Positions 26,658-35,198 are shown, numbered from the stretch's first letter. The stretch is 64,000 nucleotides of DNA from Alphaproteobacteria bacterium (GCA_027483355.1 JAIXUW010000292.1:4628-68627), one strand, 5' to 3'. The notes: generated from the sequence alone by a model not told the origin. Made by a program: numbers and translations.

Positions 26658-27587
26658 TTAGTGCATCGCAGGGGCAGTCCACGCAAGGGCGTCCTCGGCG
26701 CTCTCAAATCTCAAATTGCTGGGGTATGCGGGAAGTTGAGACTTGAAATGATGTTCCACTTCATTGTGTAGTCTATAGCCTTCTCTGCCGCGGCAGCCAA
26801 AACAAGGCAAGGATACAATGGGCTCTTCGCCGTTCATGCCATCGCTCCTTTCGTGCCTTTTGGGATGCTTGACGCGTATATATCTTTTCACCGTTCCGGA
26901 GTCATTGCATTCAATACAAGCAGCGTTAGGAGCTTTGAATACGGTTCCATCGGCGCAGACGGCATCGCTCGTGTAATACTTTCTTTCCACTGATCCGTGG
27001 CCATTTCCAAACTCTCTGCATAGCTTGCAGCCGTCAAATGCCCAACTGGGAATAATACACATTCCAGCACCCGCGATCTCTCGTCCATTATACGGGCGGC
27101 ATCCGTGACACCGAACATAGTCCGGGCCCAGTGGACCGATGACGCGCTCGATGGTACGAAAATACGACGCGAAGAATCGTTCCGCGTAGATTTTGATGTT
27201 TGGGTCTACAGCAACCGCCTCACATTCTGCTTCAAACTTTGTCTGCGCCGATTTGACGGCAGCTTTCAACGAGACCCATAATTTGGTGTCCCATTTGGTT
27301 CTATTCTCTAGCAATACATTTTGAGACTCCAGTAGTTCTTCTGTGATTGCAGAAGCGAGGTAGTCTCGCTTAAAGTTTGCAACGAATGGTTTGGGAATGG
27401 CATCCATGACGGACTCCATGATTTCAATTGATCTAGGCGGCAAACCTTTGATGGCGAGCGATATAGTGACATCCACATAGGCGCTAACAGCACGATGCGC
27501 GTATTCGGCGTAGCGACTGGCGTCGTTGCCAGTAAGCTCGTACTTGGGAGCATCAGTTGGAGTCTCGGAACCGATAACTTCTGACAT
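26658..27587 (-). CDS. Hypothetical protein with four CxxC zinc-binding motifs (DnaJ-Cys-rich-domain-like)
   Basis: The four motifs, CHGCRPYNG, CKLCREFGNGHG, CIECNDSGT and CFGCRGREG, lie in the C-terminal half. The N-terminal half looks helical. Confidence 0.45.
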   Translation of the reverse strand: MSEVIGSETPTDAPKYELTGNDASRYAEYAHRAVSAYVDVTISLAIKGLPPRSIEIMESVMDAIPKPFVANFKRDYLASAITEELLESQNVLLENRTKWDTKLWVSLKAAVKSAQTKFEAECEAVAVDPNIKIYAERFFASYFRTIERVIGPLGPDYVRCHGCRPYNGREIAGAGMCIIPSWAFDGCKLCREFGNGHGSVERKYYTSDAVCADGTVFKAPNAACIECNDSGTVKRYIRVKHPKRHERSDGMNGEEPIVSLPCFGCRGREGYRLHNEVEHHFKSQLPAYPSNLRFESAEDALAWTAPAMH

Positions 27588-27741
27588 GATTCTTCGACAC
27601 GCGTAAATAGCGTATTGAAACCTTTTCTTATTTAATACGCACCTGTCGGCCAGCCCGACCTTGTAGGGGGAGCAAAACTTTGCTCGGCTGGGCTGCCCTC
27701 CGTTTTATATACACGGTTCGAGATCTCTAAAATTCAAGATA

Positions 27742-28500
27742 ATGGGCCGCAAAATTCTACGTCTAAACTTCACGGACGACGATAACCATATTGACGTCGT
27801 GCAACAGGCATTGGCCAAATGTCGCGATTTTTGTTTTGAAGAATATGCAAAGCATCGAAACATTCGAAGCAAAGTCGCGCACGACATTTGCAATCTTTTG
27901 CTTAGCATCCTGGGCAACAAGACGCCACATGGCGGACACTACTACGATGAAATCGGGAAAGCGGCCAAGCAAATTGGGGATAGCGTCGTTGACTGCCTCC
28001 TCACAAAGGAATCTATTTCACCCGACGATCACAAACTTATGATGGAAAGGGGTCTTGAAAAGGCGCTTGGGGAGCGCCCCAGGCTGGCAACAAAAGTGGC
28101 CGAGTTATTCAATGCTTTGACTCTCAAATACAGTGATTTTACACCGCTCTCAGTGCAAGACTATATTCGATGCGAAGCTTTGCGTCCTTCCAAGCAAACC
28201 AAATCAGGTTTGCCCTACGCCTATGTCGACGGATGGCTCGCCGTACACGACGAAATGGTGGAGATTGTTCTGAACGAGAACAGCATACCCGAATTCGCAT
28301 TTGTGGTTCTGAGTAGGATCATTAACAATAATAGAGCGTTTCAACAGATAGGCCCTCTCTGCTTGGCTGGAATGGTCGCATGGTACGCCGAGCATTTTAT
28401 AACCGAGCACAGGCCGCTCGAGTTCATATTGAGCGCACTGTCGACTCTGGGATCTCAGCACGCAAGAGCAAAGGAGAGGAACGTGACTCAGAGCGTTTGA
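27742..28500 (+). CDS. Hypothetical protein (252 aa)
   Basis: The ATG at 27742 has a TATATA element 31-36 nt upstream. I recognised no motif. Confidence 0.5.
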   Translation: MGRKILRLNFTDDDNHIDVVQQALAKCRDFCFEEYAKHRNIRSKVAHDICNLLLSILGNKTPHGGHYYDEIGKAAKQIGDSVVDCLLTKESISPDDHKLMMERGLEKALGERPRLATKVAELFNALTLKYSDFTPLSVQDYIRCEALRPSKQTKSGLPYAYVDGWLAVHDEMVEIVLNENSIPEFAFVVLSRIINNNRAFQQIGPLCLAGMVAWYAEHFITEHRPLEFILSALSTLGSQHARAKERNVTQSV

Positions 28501-28581
28501 AAAAAAATGTATTGTACAGTAAATCCAGGTCCTCTATGTTTATGTTTATGTTTAAGCAGCTGGTAGAACAACAGACTGTAA

Positions 28582-28779
28582 TCAGTCCTCCTTGTCCTTG
28601 TAGTAATAGACTGATCCCAGGTTCTCTTTTTTACCATCTTGGCGTGTCCATTGTTTGATTTTAATCCTTGCCCATTGAAAAGCGGCTATGGGAGCACAGA
28701 CCACGACGATGAAAGCAACTATTCCTATCCAGGCGATTATTCCACCGCCTGGTTTGTCGATTAACGTTTTTGGAGACAT
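28582..28779 (-). CDS. Small single-pass membrane protein (65 aa)
   Basis: The ORF starts at an ATG. The TM segment is GGGIIAWIGIVAFIVVVCAPIAAF and the tail is basic. Confidence 0.4.
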   Translation of the reverse strand: MSPKTLIDKPGGGIIAWIGIVAFIVVVCAPIAAFQWARIKIKQWTRQDGKKENLGSVYYYKDKED

Positions 28780-29140
28780 TTTTGTGCCTTTGTGTCCGTT
28801 TTATGTGTGCCACAACGTGTGTCTTTTTGGTTTGCAAACGCTGTCCAAAAACGATGTGTATTACCTTACTCCGTCTCCTGGCTAAAGGTATTACAATCTT
28901 CAGCCACACCCACCGCAATATTGCGTATGTTTTCGTCAGGATAATTTTGCAAACAAGGTAGCAGCCGTAGAGCGCGACCAGCAGGACGTAAAGAACTGCG
29001 CTAAATAGCAAAACTATGCACGCAAACCGCGGTAATAGCTCCAAAAACGTGGGGCTCGGTGGAGGGGTTGTAGAAGTCACAAAATGGCAGACATTACCTT
29101 CACAGACTGTTGTCTGGTAAAACCAGGTGTCCGGTTCCAT
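28661..29140 (-). CDS. Small single-pass membrane protein; the real C-terminus is probably upstream of the listed stop
   Basis: The ORF starts at an ATG. It encodes a short Cys-containing ectodomain (MEPDTWFYQTTVCEGNVCHF) and the TM segment FACIVLLFSAVLYVLLVALYGCYLV. The last 40 aa look like an out-of-frame reading of the next gene. Confidence 0.35.
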   Translation of the reverse strand: MEPDTWFYQTTVCEGNVCHFVTSTTPPPSPTFLELLPRFACIVLLFSAVLYVLLVALYGCYLVCKIILTKTYAILRWVWLKIVIPLARRRSKVIHIVFGQRLQTKKTHVVAHIKRTQRHKNVSKNVNRQTRRWNNRLDRNSCFHRRGLCSHSRFSMGKD

Positions 29141-29418
29141 TCTATTTGACGGCGAGACGAACGACGTTGAGAACGGAATAAAAGCGCGCGCCCATAAAGG
29201 CGCTCCTGCATTTCAGGCCCCCGCGGTAGGCGTGGGGTAAAATCGTCGCGAATGTCCATCAACACGAGCATTAGACGGAAGAATATCACCAGTGTTATAA
29301 AGAATTCAATCAGGGCACGTATGAGATAGAACCAAATAAAGTAGACGGTAACCACAATGAGTAAAACTAGTATTAGCAACGTAGCACCGATGATTGCATA
29401 ACCTAACATGTGACCCAT
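29077..29418 (-). CDS. Small two-pass membrane protein (113 aa)
   Basis: The ORF starts at an ATG. The hydrophobic segments are YAIIGATLLILVLLIVVTVYFIWFYLI and LIEFFITLVIFFRLMLVL. Confidence 0.4.
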   Translation of the reverse strand: MGHMLGYAIIGATLLILVLLIVVTVYFIWFYLIRALIEFFITLVIFFRLMLVLMDIRDDFTPRLPRGPEMQERLYGRALLFRSQRRSSRRQIEWNRTPGFTRQQSVKVMSAIL

Positions 29419-29580
29419 TTTTATATGGGAAATGCGTTCTTTTAGAAATGTTGTTTAACAGAATTAAACTTGATGCTTGTTTAAACTGTAACTTTTGTAA
29501 ACTCCCCTCGCTTTTTTCTTCAGACCGTTCATTCGCGTTTGTCGTAAGTGCACATTTTCCAAATCTCGCCTAGAAAAAAG

Positions 29581-30174
29581 ATGATCTACGTATTGCGTCT
29601 TGCGCAAGGAAAATTCTACGTCGGTATGTCGGCCGATCCTCAGACTCGGTTCCAACAGCACTTGGCCGGCGACTCTGACGGCGTCGAGTGGACTCGAATG
29701 TACGAACCGATTGAAATATTGGAGACAAAGCCTATTTTATCTCCGTTTGACGAAGACACGACGACAAAAGAATACATGGCGAAACATGGCATTGAAAACG
29801 TGAGAGGAGGTTCTTATTGCCAACCAAAATTGACTTCTGCTCAAGTAAAACTACTTGAGACCGAATTACGAGCAGCTCAGAATGCCTGTTTCAAGTGCGG
29901 AAACGTCGGGCATTACGCCAGAGACTGCCCCAACTTTGTCCCGCGGAACCAAAGCAGGTATTTGAACGCCATTTTCAGTTTTATAATGTCTTTGATGCCA
30001 CAAAGTACAGAGCCTGCGCAGAATAGCCTAGTTCCATACAGAGGCACTCAAAGGAGCGTGGAACAAGCGCCGGCAGAAAACACGGCGCGTGAGCCGTGTC
30101 GCAGATGCGGGCGTAATTCGCATTCGGTGAATTATTGCTACGCTACGTGGCATATAAATGGGCATAAATTGTGA
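29581..30174 (+). CDS. GIY-YIG nuclease domain fused to two CCHC-type zinc knuckles
   Basis: MIYVLRLAQGKFYVGMSADPQTRFQQH...ENVRGGSY carries the GIY/YVG, Arg, His and Glu positions. The knuckles are CFKCGNVGHYARDC and CRRCGRNSHSVNYC. Confidence 0.7.
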   Translation: MIYVLRLAQGKFYVGMSADPQTRFQQHLAGDSDGVEWTRMYEPIEILETKPILSPFDEDTTTKEYMAKHGIENVRGGSYCQPKLTSAQVKLLETELRAAQNACFKCGNVGHYARDCPNFVPRNQSRYLNAIFSFIMSLMPQSTEPAQNSLVPYRGTQRSVEQAPAENTAREPCRRCGRNSHSVNYCYATWHINGHKL

Positions 30175-30298
30175 ATACAGTTCATTTACACATATATGCA
30201 GTAAAAACACCCCTCCCCCCTTGTGTTAGACTTGTGTGCTTTTGTTTGTTGCTTTCAAAACTTAATCTATTCACGATAGAGCACGAAAAAAACCGAAT

Positions 30299-31068
30299 AT
30301 GGATCTAGTTGTCGACGTTCTCGGCAACGCCGACGATTTGCGCGCGCACGACGAGGCGTTTCTGACGCACTTAAACATCAAGTGCATTGACGATTCATTC
30401 GATACATTGGCTAGCACGCTTGACTTTCGTCCCTCGCTAAAGGCTAGAGGGTCACGTTTGTATATTTACGGTACACGACGCCTGTCCTTTAAATCGCGCG
30501 TCCTTGCTCCGCGGCTCATTCTATTCCATGCAGACCTTGTAATGAACATTAATCTGAACTTTGCCAAGTTTAGTTCTCGTCCCGGCATTGCAACCAATGC
30601 CCTGTATCACAGAGCATATCAACACATTGCTCACAGACTCATGGCACGGTTTTTTACAGACCCGCCGCGTGATTTGCTCCTTTTTTTTTTTGCTGAACAA
30701 CCATTTTTTGTGTTACTCAGGAACTCATATCAGGGGACAATGTAGAAAATTGGAATCTGGCTTACGTAACTTTTGTGAACAAAGATCTGGCGTTCATCGA
30801 AGGCTACGTAAAAAGATTGCCCATACAAGGTTTATCAGAATACTTTGTCGAGCTCCGTCAAATCATCGATTTGATTCTATCTGATGATCCGATGGCCTAC
30901 ATGGACTTGAACGCGCGTGCGAAGCTCTATCCGGCTCTCGGAAACCCTAAAAGACTTCTCGGCATTTTGGAAAAATTCAAAGAGACGGTCGCATTGTGTA
31001 CCTTGTTTACTTTAGGAAGAAAAGCATGCCAGTTGTTTACTTTGATCAAAAAACTCAAAGAATCGTGA
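30299..31068 (+). pseudogene. One gene apparently broken by a frameshift near T-homopolymers (or by an assembly error)
   Basis: Frame 2 (ATG 30299) reads through T11 (30681-30691) and T6 (30704-30709) into LLLFFFAEQPFF and stops at 30745. Frame 1 is open from 30697 and reads as protein (QELISGDNVENWNLAYVTFVNKDLAFIEGYVKRL...) but has no ATG, and the listed start is a GTG at 30775. One extra T in the T6 run would join the two frames. I found no canonical in-phase GT...AG intron. Confidence 0.35.
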
Positions 31069-31105
31069 ACTCTGGGACATTCATTGCGTATTTGTACTTA
31101 TATAC

Positions 31106-31111
31106 AATAAA
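31106..31111 (+). terminator. AATAAA polyadenylation signal
   Basis: It lies 38 nt after the stop at 31068. Confidence 0.45.
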
Positions 31112-31133
31112 AGCAGATACGAAAAAGTCATAT

Positions 31134-31601
31134 TTACAACTCGCATGCATTCTTTGCGTGGATTTCTTCCGAAGAACACGAAGGACACCCATTGCTGCAA
31201 ATGTAATGCATCGGATTTTCAAACGGACAGTCCAGATACGCCTTTACCATACAGCCCGTGGTACCCGGTGGGCAAGTGCAAACACTTACCGCCTTGGATG
31301 TCAAGCTCACTTTGCATCCTGTGCCGCGCACCCAACTGTCGGCGCCCTTTATCGAACACGAAGGACACCCGCTGTAATCGTAATGCCACGGATCGTCAAG
31401 CGGGCAGTCAATTTGCGCTCTTGCCATGCAGTCAAAGGTATCTGGTGGACAAGTGCAAACATTCAATGTTTTCGATTTCCCGCTTATTTTACATCCTGTG
31501 TTGCACTCCCAAAAGTCGTCGTCCTCGTCGTCCTCGTCTTCAACATTGTTCTTCTTCTCTTCATTCGAGACATTTTCTTGCTTTGAATTGATGTTTTCCA
31601 T
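31134..31601 (-). CDS. Cys-rich protein with an acidic N-terminus and two copies of an 8-Cys roughly 55-aa module
   Basis: The ATG is at 31601. The module W..TGCK.S..SK..xVCTCPP....CM..A..DCP...P.HY.xS.GCPSC occurs twice. The protein is a paralog of 31733-32035. Confidence 0.6.
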   Translation of the reverse strand: MENINSKQENVSNEEKKNNVEDEDDEDDDFWECNTGCKISGKSKTLNVCTCPPDTFDCMARAQIDCPLDDPWHYDYSGCPSCSIKGADSWVRGTGCKVSLTSKAVSVCTCPPGTTGCMVKAYLDCPFENPMHYICSNGCPSCSSEEIHAKNACEL

Positions 31602-31732
31602 GACGAATAGTTACACAGAAAAGTCACATAAACCCGAGCAAATGAAGTCTATTCCCCCTTTCAGAACTTGAGTTCCTGGTCGAATTAACTTTTGTATTTA
31701 TGCAAAGTAAAGCAGATACGATAAAGTTATAT

Positions 31733-32035
31733 TTACATCTCGCGTGCGTTCTTTGCGTCTATTTCCGCCATCAAACACGAAGGACAACCGTCGCTGCAAT
31801 TGTAATGCATTGGGTCTTCAAACGGGCAGTCGAGATGCGCTCTTACCATACACTCCGTTTCACCGGGTGGGCAAGTGCAAACGCTCAATGCCTTGGATGT
31901 CCAGCTCATTTTGCATCCAGTGCTGTCTATCCAAAAGTCGTCGTCGCCGGCGTCTTCAAGCTCTGGCATTTCGCCGTCCGTATCGTCATCTTTTTTGTTT
32001 GATACATCTTCTTGCTTTGAATTAGAGTCTTCCAT
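31733..32035 (-). CDS. Cys-rich protein, a one-module paralog of 31134-31601
   Basis: The first ATG at 32035 gives MEDSNSKQEDVSN...DDDFWIDSTGCKMSWTSKALSVCTCPPGETECMVRAHLDCPFEDPMHYNCSDGCPSC. The flanking non-coding sequence is also similar to that of its neighbour. Confidence 0.6.
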   Translation of the reverse strand: MEDSNSKQEDVSNKKDDDTDGEMPELEDAGDDDFWIDSTGCKMSWTSKALSVCTCPPGETECMVRAHLDCPFEDPMHYNCSDGCPSCLMAEIDAKNAREM

Positions 32036-32048
32036 GGCAGAAAAGAAG

Positions 32049-34442
32049 TCACATAAACCCAATCAACGCGTCCAGTTTACCCGACTCGTGCCAATTTGAA
32101 TGGGGGGATTCGTAGGCCTCGAGCAAATGAATGCGATTCCCGTTTTCGGAACTAGACTTCTTGATCGAATTAACTTTTGTCTTTGCGGTCACAGATTTGC
32201 CCACGGACGTCAGTCTCGCCATTCTTTGGAATATTTCCGATTTCAGGACTTCGGGAGTGAACAACGACATATACCTTTTGACTAGAATCTTTCCTACCGT
32301 AAACGCGGGGCTTGAAACGCCATCTTGCTCGGCACTGGTCACTAGTCGCTCCAAAAAGTCCAACACAGATTCCTGAGACGCCTTTGACAGCACCATACTT
32401 ATGATTTCAATGTATAGATCCTTTTCAGCTTGTGGAACGTTCTCTTGTTTGGGTTCCAGCGCCTTGCACGTTTCGACTGAAATTCTGTCTTGTCCGTCCG
32501 TGATCCAGCAATACCCCGTTTTGTGCTGAATATACACGGCTTTGAAAAACTCGAGAGGTTTGATTTCAATCCGTTTCAGCCGCATGATATGCAAATTGTA
32601 GTCAATCAAGTCCGCCATTTCCTTCCTGTCCATTTTGGAAACGTGCAGAAGCATGGAATCCGTAATTCCAAGCAGGAATCCTCTATCGTTGTTTGTAATA
32701 TCGCACAGGGCCGTGTTCAATCGGCGTCCTATCTCAAAAATGTAGAACCTGCCCCATGCTGTAACCGCCGAGCCCAGCGCAGGAGCCGAATATCTCATGG
32801 ATCTCGTGAGAATAGCGCCGTACAATGAAGATAAAAGGTTTTTGAGCGCGGTTTGAACAATTGGATCAGTGGACTTGTTCCTAAGTTGAACACCAGCCCA
32901 TACTGCTTCTGGAATCGGCGCCAACTGCGCTTCAAGTTTCTTGATTTTAAGCATAGGAACTTCCTTGCCCTGTCGGACTAATTTCTCTTTCTCGGCCTTG
33001 GTCAGCTTGTTAAACGGGTCCAATTTGCTCACATTATAATCTTGCGTTTTGCGGATTCTGCGGCTTGCAGCGGGAATATCATCGGCCAAACATGGTACTC
33101 TATTAATGTGGGAGAGCGGCTGAGTGACACACAGATCTTGCTCGGCGATAATCGACGGGTAGTACGACCGAATGTCAATCATGACAATTTCGTGAGTGTC
33201 ATCGGCAAAATGAACACCCTTTTGCGGTTCTTTTACAGATCCACCAGCCGAATCATTCGCCGAGCCCTTGACGTACTCTGCTGATCTTTTCGGGTACGGA
33301 AGCACGACGTAGTTACGCTTGATCAGCGACTTGGTGATAAAATACTCGACCATTTTCTTCTTCTTTGACGTCGTAAGCAAATCCATCAACGTAAGATGCA
33401 AGGGAATCGCGGCGAATTGCGACAATGCAACGGCCACTGGAATTGCAGCGTCAATCTGCTCTTTGGTCGTGCCATTGTACACGGGAACGTATATCCAATT
33501 GCTCTTGGTTCTGGATAGCGAGATTTTGCTTGCATCTGGCTGTAGGACTTCGAGAACGCGCTTGGTGCCGTCATCGGCGAAAAGGCACGTCTCGTCCGAC
33601 GTTTCCTCGTCTTTGAAATGCTCCGATTTTGCGAATATGATTTTCAAATCAAATCTGCTCAACTCGTGCAAGACTGTTTCGAGATTTGACGTGTCGGCAC
33701 AGGACTTGAATTCCTTGGCGACATTGTCTGACGCAAACTGCACGTTGAATTTACGCAATCCAACTTGAGCTTGGTCAGCGCATTCGATAATACAATAGTC
33801 CAGCAAGGCTGCGGCGTCTTTGTGAACAAATTCAGTCTTTGGCCGGTCGAACAACGCTGAGAACTCTTTGGGTGTCATTTCGCGGATCTCCGAATCCTTG
33901 TGTTGTTGTGACCCATTATGTGCGTCCGGAATGTCAAATGTGCCACATAGAGTAAATTTGGGCTGCAGTCTCTGCAACACTTCAAGCGGTTGCATGGACG
34001 CTCTTGTATCCGTCGTCGGAATCGCAAAAAATTCGACTTGAATTTGCGTTTTCAAATGTTCACTTATCAAATAGTCCGTGAGCTCCATGTTCACGTGCAT
34101 GGCCAGCTTTTCAAAGTCGTAGTCTCGTCCACTCGGAGAAATGTTGTCCACGCGGAACCAGTACTTTGTATTCTGCGCCTGACCTTGTTTTGGAGGAGCT
34201 AAAGCTCGAGGATAGCGCATTTCAGCGTCCGGGTCGGCCACGATCGAAAGAACGCCATCGGGACTCGAAAGCGACTTGAGTTTTTCCAAACGAGCGCCCG
34301 TCACGTAAAACCAGCCGCTGACTCGCACGTCGTTCACGGTGATAATCACATTTGCCAGCGTGTCCAAGCAGAATCCAAATACGTTGATAGCGTCTCTGTT
34401 CGGGTATTGCACCAACACGCACTTGTACACGAATAAGCGCAT
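32049..34442 (-). CDS. Family B DNA polymerase, short (797 aa) with divergent catalytic motifs
   Basis: Motif A is DIRSYYPSI (DxxSLYPS), motif B is KNLLSSLYG (KxxxNSxYG) and motif C is LGITDS (YGDTDS). The N-terminal domain has the INVFG....V.V..V..WFYV pattern. The ExoI-like segment reads TFDIPD instead of FDIE. Confidence 0.75.
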   Translation of the reverse strand: MRLFVYKCVLVQYPNRDAINVFGFCLDTLANVIITVNDVRVSGWFYVTGARLEKLKSLSSPDGVLSIVADPDAEMRYPRALAPPKQGQAQNTKYWFRVDNISPSGRDYDFEKLAMHVNMELTDYLISEHLKTQIQVEFFAIPTTDTRASMQPLEVLQRLQPKFTLCGTFDIPDAHNGSQQHKDSEIREMTPKEFSALFDRPKTEFVHKDAAALLDYCIIECADQAQVGLRKFNVQFASDNVAKEFKSCADTSNLETVLHELSRFDLKIIFAKSEHFKDEETSDETCLFADDGTKRVLEVLQPDASKISLSRTKSNWIYVPVYNGTTKEQIDAAIPVAVALSQFAAIPLHLTLMDLLTTSKKKKMVEYFITKSLIKRNYVVLPYPKRSAEYVKGSANDSAGGSVKEPQKGVHFADDTHEIVMIDIRSYYPSIIAEQDLCVTQPLSHINRVPCLADDIPAASRRIRKTQDYNVSKLDPFNKLTKAEKEKLVRQGKEVPMLKIKKLEAQLAPIPEAVWAGVQLRNKSTDPIVQTALKNLLSSLYGAILTRSMRYSAPALGSAVTAWGRFYIFEIGRRLNTALCDITNNDRGFLLGITDSMLLHVSKMDRKEMADLIDYNLHIMRLKRIEIKPLEFFKAVYIQHKTGYCWITDGQDRISVETCKALEPKQENVPQAEKDLYIEIISMVLSKASQESVLDFLERLVTSAEQDGVSSPAFTVGKILVKRYMSLFTPEVLKSEIFQRMARLTSVGKSVTAKTKVNSIKKSSSENGNRIHLLEAYESPHSNWHESGKLDALIGFM

Positions 34443-35115
34443 TTTTTCGGCACTAATGTCCAGAAATCCCCAGCGCTCTTTAACACGCGCGGCACTTCTT
34501 AGCAATCGTGATTTGGACTATAAAAAGTGAGTATTTAGATTAAAAGTGAAATTTTGCACCAGTGGAAGCCCGGTTTTTGACGCGCACCCCGTCCAATCGC
34601 CTCCGGAATCAAAACAAATGCGTGGCATATTCAACACAAGATTTTACATGGATAATCAGAATTTATAGTACAATTCAAAGCGCTTAAATCGGCGCGGTAA
34701 AACCGCAAACCGGTAAATATCGCCTGTACGCAAATCCAATCTCGTGCGAATGTTCTAAAATGCCAAACTAATCATATAAACCTGTTTAAAACACATTTTG
34801 ATTTTGACCCACAAGAAAAGCGATAGCGGCGGGTATAACAGGCGCGGAAAATCGTGCGACTGGTTCCGGACAACTGTCCCAAGAAAGTGCGTTTTCAAAC
34901 GTACCCACCCTGACCCGGAAATAGCGGCCGCTGCACATGCCGCTATCGATTTTCTTGACGGACAAATTCGAATATTATGTGTCGAGTAGAGACTTTGATA
35001 TTATGAATTTTTTTAACAACCGCCGAACAATACAGAACCTGCAAAACCGCGGTTTCGAACGGATTGTGCCCGGTATTCGACATAAGCAACATCGACCACA
35101 ACGCCGATTTGGCAT

Positions 35116-35187
35116 GCTCTTGTAGTGTAATTGGTAACACGTGCCGTTTTCATCGGTGAGCCCCAGGTTCGATTCCCGGCAGGAGCT
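35116..35187 (+). tRNA. tRNA-Glu: tRNA-Glu (anticodon UUC)
   Basis: A 72-nt cloverleaf was folded by hand. The acceptor stem is GCTCTTG/CAGGAGC (one G-U pair). The D arm is GTGT-AATTGGTA-ACAC. The anticodon arm is TGCCG-TTTTCAT-CGGTG. The T arm is CCAGG-TTCGATT-CCCGG (one A-C mismatch). The invariants U8, A14, G18G19, U33 and the T-loop TTCGA are present. The B box is GGTTCGATTCC. Confidence 0.8.
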
Positions 35188-35193
35188 CTTATC

Positions 35194-35198
35194 TTTTT
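35194..35198 (+). terminator. Pol III-type T5 terminator after the tRNA
   Basis: TTTTT lies 7 nt after the discriminator base. Confidence 0.5.

Noticed and set aside
30996-31591. Plus-strand ORFs of 196 aa and 148 aa lie over the Cys-rich gene 31134-31601, and plus-strand ORFs at 31700-32025 lie over its paralog.
   Set aside because: The minus-strand reading gives a conserved 8-Cys module repeated three times across the two paralogs, with matching acidic N-termini. The plus-strand readings are Arg/Thr/Cys-rich and are not conserved as protein.
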